This document shows positions 35,512-41,372 of a DNA stretch of 41,372 bases, in pieces. A program made the position numbers and the translations under genes. Source of the DNA: Chiloscyllium plagiosum. Its lineage: Eukaryota. The stretch spans positions 3,888,306 to 3,929,677 of the forward strand of contig NC_057718.1 of NCBI RefSeq assembly GCF_004010195.1, given 5' to 3'. The notes under the pieces were generated by a model. That model saw only the letters and a program-made list of their open reading frames with translations. It ran no database searches and had not been told where the DNA came from. Position 1 is the stretch's first letter. Each line of letters begins with the position of its first letter.

Positions 35512-36305
35512 TGGGCTGAGAAATGGCAGATCGAGTTCAACCTGGATAAATGTGAAATGATGCATTTTGGAAGGTCGAACTTGAATGCTAAATATAGGAT
35601 TAGAGACAGGATTCTTGGCAGTGTGGAGGAACAGAGGGATCTGGGTGTGCAAGTACATAGATCCCTCAAAGTTGCCACCCAAATGGATAGGCTTGTGAAG
35701 AAAGCATATAATGTTTTGGCTTTCATTAACAGGGGGATCGCGTTTAAGAGCCGTGAGATTTTGCTGAAGCTCTACAAGTCCCTGGTAAGACCAGTTCTGG
35801 TCACCCTACTATAGGAAAGATACAGAGGCTTTGAAGAGGGTGCAAAGAAGGTTTACCAAGATGCTGCCTGGACTGAAGGGCTTGCCTTATGAAGAAAGGT
35901 TAAATAAACTTGGACTTTTCTCTCTGGAGAGAAGGAGGAAGAGAGGAGACCTGATTGAGGTATACAAAATAATGAGTGGAATAGATAGAGTCAATAGCCA
36001 GAGACTTATCCCCAGGGCAGGATTGACTGGTACAAGGAGTCATAGTTTGAAGATATTAGGAGGAAGATATAAAGGAGATGTCAGAGGTTGATTATGTACG
36101 CAGAGAGTTGTGAATGCATGGAATGCGTTGCCAGCGGTGTTGATGGAAGCAGAGTGACTGCTGGACATGCACATGGATAGCAGTGCGTTGAGGGCTGCAT
36201 AGGTTAAGTTACTATATTTTACATTAGGGTTAAATCTCGGTGCAACATCATAGGCCAAAGGGCCTGTTCTGTGCTGTACTTTTCTATGTTCTATGTTCTT
36301 TTCTA
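35512..36305 (+). mobile_element. CR1 LINE 3' portion
   Basis: WAEKWQIEFN..KC..MHFG, RVQRRFTKMLPG; (CTATGTT)n tail. Confidence 0.9.
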
Positions 36306-36749
36306 TGAATATGGCTGGCACATTGACAACTTTCTAATCCTCTTGTACTTCTCCAGAATCAAAGGAATTTTGGGAAATTCAAACTAATGCATCCACTATT
36401 TCTGTAGCTCCCTCTTTTAGAATCCTAGGGTGCAAGTCATCAGGGCCAGGGGACTGATCTGCCTTTAGCCCCATTAGTTTGTCTGACACGACTGCTTCAG
36501 TGACAGTGATGGACTTACTCCCTGCCCAATATCTTTTAGTTTTATTGGAATGTTTGAAGTATCTTCCACAGCCATTCACAAGGTTGCAGTAAATGTGTGA
36601 ATTCTCAAGGTTTAAGTGAATAAGTGTGAGGAACTTGCACTGAATAAATAATTAGTACCACTGTTGAAATAAAACACACTGAGTCATGAGAAAATTCAGC
36701 CAGTCATATCCTGCCTCAGAAGAGAGCAGCTGTTGGTTTATTGCCAATG

Positions 36750-37900
36750 CTTCTCCTTTACTGACACTTTAACTTCTTTAACTCGTGAGAAATGAGAGAT
36801 TAAAGAATCTGGGAAACGTTGTCTTTTGATGTCTTAACTGGATGTGCCATAAACTGTGTGGATAAACAGAGTTGTCACTCTGTTGAGATGATCAGTGGAA
36901 CTCTATTTGCTGTGACCCTGTCCCTCTGTGTTACTTTGGGTAAGCGTTTGCTTTGGAGAAGTTTAACTTGTTGTAAAATAACTTTCCATGGTGCTGCTGT
37001 AACATTTGTGTGACTTCTATAAGTTTGAACATTGAAAACTGGAGGGGAGTGTCACAAGGAGAATTTATCACTGTCTGGAGGTTGTTTGGTGCAGCTGACA
37101 CAGAGCTCCACAGGGCTGGGAACACAGACCAGAAAATGGAGAGTTCCTGCCATCTTTGTCTGTCATTCATTGACCATGAGAATGGGACTGAGGGACAGGG
37201 TTGCACATTACAGTGTGTATTTGGGTGGGTTGGATTAGTCTGTGTGTTAACTGGTTCTTGCTGGGGTGGTTTTGAAAGACTGGGTGAATTTACAGCTTTG
37301 TGATTCAGAGTGAGTTTCACCAATGGACTCATGCTGACACTCACATCAATTCTCTATAATCAATAATATTTAATTAGCTCCCTTAAAACATCTCCAGGAC
37401 TTCATAAACTGTGAACCAGTTTGAAGTTCAGTATCTGTAACAGCACCAAATCCTGGGAACATTTCTGAAGGTGAATGTGCTGAATGCCAGTTCATGTTTT
37501 GCATGATGCTGTTAATTGAAGGAAGGATGTTGATGGTTAGGAGACGGAGAGTATCTCCTGCTCTTTTTCACATTGTGCTTTATGATCTTTAAATCTTCAA
37601 ACTGGAATCCTGAGCACTCCACACAACATCTGATGGAAACAAAGACAGAGTGCAATCTTCTCTCTGTTGCTGCTGTTTGTAGCCCCTCCTGCCAGGTGAT
37701 CTGCTGCCATGGTGCCACACTCATCTGTCTTTGTCAATTTGCCTGAGATAGGGGTTGCCTTTTCTGAACGCCAGCTGCAAACTGAGCCCAGGAAACAGAA
37801 AAGGGGAAGCAATATTTGCTGCACAGAGTGGAAACTCACTGTTCCCACAGTCACAGGAATGTTCTGATGAAGAAGGAAGCCATTGGCCACATTGTTTTAG
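36750..37900 (+). repeat. Inverted segmental duplication, right copy
   Basis: Shares sequence with the reverse complement of 22535-23490, e.g. gagaaatgagagattaaagaa, tttgaacattga.aactggaggggag, cagctttgtgattcagagtgagtttcaccaatgga. Confidence 0.85.
36888..36939 (+). CDS. Signal-peptide (leader) exon, copy B (MISGTLFAVTLSLCVTL-G); first exon of a gene running out of the window
   Basis: gagATG...TTG G|gtaagc; 52 nt; phase 1; differs from copy A at two codons. Confidence 0.75.
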
Positions 37901-37919
37901 CATTGGCTCTCGCAGAACC

Positions 37920-40180
37920 TTTACTTGAACCGCAGGAAATGGGTGAGATAATATACAAATATTTCACGTCAATATTTAATGTGGACAAGAATATGGAAAT
38001 TGGAGAACTTGGGTAAGCAACTCGTGAAATCTTGAAAAGTGTCCGAACGACAGAAGAGGAGGTGCAGAAAATCTCAAAATGCAGAATGTTGGATAAATAC
38101 CTTGAATCTGATCAGGTATACCCCAGAACTCTGGAGGAAGCAAAGGAAGTAATTGCTGGGCCCTTTGCTGTGATATTTGCATCATCAAGAGCCATGAGTG
38201 AGACGCTGTAATGTAGTACTAGTGTTTAAGAAAGGTGGTTAGGAAAAGCCAGAGAACTAACAGAGCTACAAGTTAGCCAGGAAAGATCAAAACAGAGAGT
38301 TAAGAAGCACCAGGAGGGGAAATGAGAAGTCATTGGTGGATAGGATCAAGGAACACCCTTGAGGCTTTCTATAAGTATATCAGGAATAAAAGAATGACTG
38401 GAGTAAGATCAAGGATAGCAGTGGAAAGTTCTGCATGGAGCCAGAGGAGATAGGAGAAGAGCTAAATGAATATTTTTCATCAGTATTCACACTAGAAAAA
38501 GTCAATGTTGTTGAGGAGAATACTGAGATACAGGCTACTAGACAAGATGGGATTGAGGTTCACAAGGAGGAGGTGTTAGCAATTCTGGAAAATGTGAAAA
38601 TAGATAAATTCCCTGGGCTGAATGGGATTTATCCTAGGAATCTCTAGGAAGCCAGAGAGGAGATTGCCAAGCCTTTGGCTTTGATCTTTATGTCGTCATT
38701 GTCTACAGGAATAGTGCCTGACGACTGAAGGATAGCAAAAATTGTCCCCTTGTACAAGAATGGGATAGAGACAACCCTTGTCATTGTAGACATGAGAGCC
38801 TTACTTTGATTGTGGGTAAAGTGTTGGAAAAGATTATAAAAGATAGGATTTATAATCATCTAGAGAGGAATAAGGTGATTAGGGATAGTCAACATGATTT
38901 TGTGAAGGGTAGGTATTGCTTACAAACCTTATTGAGTTCTTTGAGAAGGTGACTAATCAGGTGGATGAGGTTAAAGCCATTGATGTGGTGCATATAGATT
39001 TCAGTAAGGCTTTGGTAAGGTACCCACAGTTGGCTATTGCCTAAAATACGGAGGCATGGAATTGAGGGTGATTTAGTAATTTAGATCAGAAATTGGCTAG
39101 CTGGAAGAAGACAGAGGGTGGTGGTTGATAGGAAATGTTCATCCTGGAGTTCATTTACTAGTGGTGTACCGCAAGGATCTGTGTTGGAGCCACTGCTGTT
39201 TGCCATTTTTATGAATGACCTGGAAGAGAGTTTAGAAGGATGGGTTAGTAAATTTGTGTATGACACTAAGGTCAGTCGAATTGTGGATCGTGTTGAATGC
39301 TGTTGTAGGTTACAAATGGACATAGATAAGCTGCAGAGCTGGGCTGAGAGGTGGCAAATGGAGTTTCATGCAGAAAAGTGTGAGGTGATTCACTTTGGAG
39401 AGAGTAACAGGAATGCAGAGCATTGGGTTAATGATAAGATTCTTGGTAATGTAGATGAGCAGAGAGATTTCGGTGTCCATGTACATAGATTCCTGAAAGT
39501 TGCCACCCAGGTTGATAGGCTTGTTAAGAAGGCATTATGGTGTATTAGCTTTTATTAGTAAAGGGATTGAGTTTCGAAGGCATGAGGTCATGCTGCAGCT
39601 GCCCAATACTCTGGTGTGGCTACATTTGCAGTATTGCGTACAGTTCTGGTCACTATATTATAGGAAAGATGTGGAAGCTTCTGGAAGGAGCTCAGAGGAG
39701 ATTTGATAAGATGTTGCCTGGTATGGAGGGAAGGTCTTCTGAGGAAATGTTGAGGGATGTGACACTATTTTCATTAGAGAGAAGAAGGTTGAGAGGTGAC
39801 TTAATTGGGATATATAAGATAATCAGAGGGTTAGACAAGGTGGACAGTGAGAGCCTTTTTCCTCGGATGGTGATGCAGCTAGCATGAGGGGACATAGCTT
39901 TAAATTGAAGGATGATAGATATGGGACAGATGTCACAGGTAGTTTCTTTACTCAGAGAGTAGTAGGGGCTTGGAACACCCTGCCTGCAACAGTAGTAGAC
40001 TCGCCAACTTTAAGGGCATTAAAATATTCATTGGATAAACACATGGATGATAATGGAATAGTATAAGACAGATGGGCTTCAGATTGGCTCCACAGGGAGG
40101 ATGCAACATTGAGGGCCGAAGGTCCTGTACTGTGCTGCAGTGTTCTATGTACTTGATTCTATATTCTATCTTCTACATTC
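37920..40180 (+). mobile_element. CR1 LINE ORF2 RT and 3' end (two joined pieces), degenerate
   Basis: SGVPQGSVLEPLLF, WAERWQMEF; close relative of the 18950-20715 copy in the opposite orientation. Confidence 0.92.
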
Positions 40181-41124
40181 TACATAACTGGCAACATTTC
40201 CACACAGAGCATGTATGGAATAAGCTGCCAGAAGAAAAGGTGTAGGCTGGTACAATTATACTTTTAAAAGGCATCTGGATGGGTATATGGATAGGAAGTG
40301 TAGAGGAGTATGGGCCAAATGCTGGCAAACGGAACTAGATTAATTTAATTGTCACAATTGATGAGTTGGACCAATGGGTCCACTTCTATACTGTTTGTCT
40401 CTATGACTTACTGACTCTATAACCTAGTGTCAATCTCTTGCCTTTTCTTCTTCATTCTGTACATTGTTTCTTTGTAAATAATCATCCAGTACCCTGTTAA
40501 ATATCTCAGTTGAACCTTAATGGTATTGGACCAGAAAATGGAAGATCAGAATCAGACCTTTCTGCCCATCGAGTCTGTTCAAGGCTGCTCTGATAATCCC
40601 CAATTTGACTTTCCTGTCTTTTCCCTGTTTCTCTAGATATACATTCTGTTTAAAAATCTGTCTTTCTCAACTTCATCATACTGAATGGTGCAGCCTCAGT
40701 TCCCCCATGTGGTGGAGTTCCCTTCTCGGTGAGGAAATTCTTTCTCCTCTCTGCCTTAAGTATACATCCCCTTATTCTGAGATTCTGTCCTCTGCTTCCA
40801 GACTCTATAACAGTGGAGACATTTTTTTCGAGTCTACCCTATCAAGTCCTCAGGGAATCTTTTATGTTTCAATACTGTTGACTCACATTTTTTCAATATT
40901 TCAGTGAGAACAAGCTCAATCAAGATAACCTCTCCTCATAAGACAGTCCCTCCATACCAGCTACCAGCCCAGTGATCCTTCTTCAGACAGCCTCCAATAC
41001 CAGGACATCTTTCCTCAGATAAGGAACATGAACTGTTTCACATTATTCCAGTTGTGGTCTAATTAGGGGTTTGTACAATTTTGGCAAAACCTTCATAATA
41101 TTATTCTCCATTTCCTTTGAAATA

Positions 41125-41372
41125 AAGGTAAAAACAATGACTGCAGATGCTGGAAACCAGATTCTGGATTAGTGGTGCTGGAAAAGCACAGCAATTCAGG
41201 CAGCATCAAGGAGCAGGAAAATCGACATTTCGGGCAAAAGCCACTTCAGGAATACAGGAAGAGTGCCTTGAAGGGTGGACAGATGAATGAGAGGAGGGTT
41301 GGGGTGGGGAGAAAGTAGCATAAAGTACAATAGGTGAGTGGGGGTGGGGATGAAGGTGATAGGTCAGGGTGG
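41125..41372 (-). mobile_element. Penelope pLTR, cut by the window end
   Basis: ctgcagatgctggaa...gtggtgctggaaaagcacagc...atcgacatttcgggcaaaagcc matches 7150-7260 and 16650-16770. Confidence 0.8.

Overview
Eukaryotic, repeat-rich DNA from a cartilaginous fish (shark-type tRNA-derived SINEs, CR1 LINEs, Penelope-like elements), with one assembly gap (30667-30950). The main content is a split + strand gene that the ORF track only partly shows. It has three tandem germline-joined V-J Ig-domain exons (227-571, 2249-2593, and 6079-6426, the last with two stops), an uncharged transmembrane exon (6970-7120) and five small phase-compatible cytoplasmic exons (9957-17425). These carry a YENV motif and a two-exon ITAM (DSIYM|[ALQ]QWDHSIYSELK) that appears damaged by a 1-nt loss at an acceptor. 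This looks like a non-rearranging, antigen-receptor-like signalling receptor, probably decaying. Two paralogous signal-peptide exons lie in an inverted duplication (23294-23345 on -, 36888-36939 on +), suggesting a gene cluster. A young Penelope insertion with 251-bp inverted arms and minimal hammerhead ribozyme motifs duplicated the TM exon's splice donor. The exon model is inferred by eye from splice signals and phases, with no transcript evidence.
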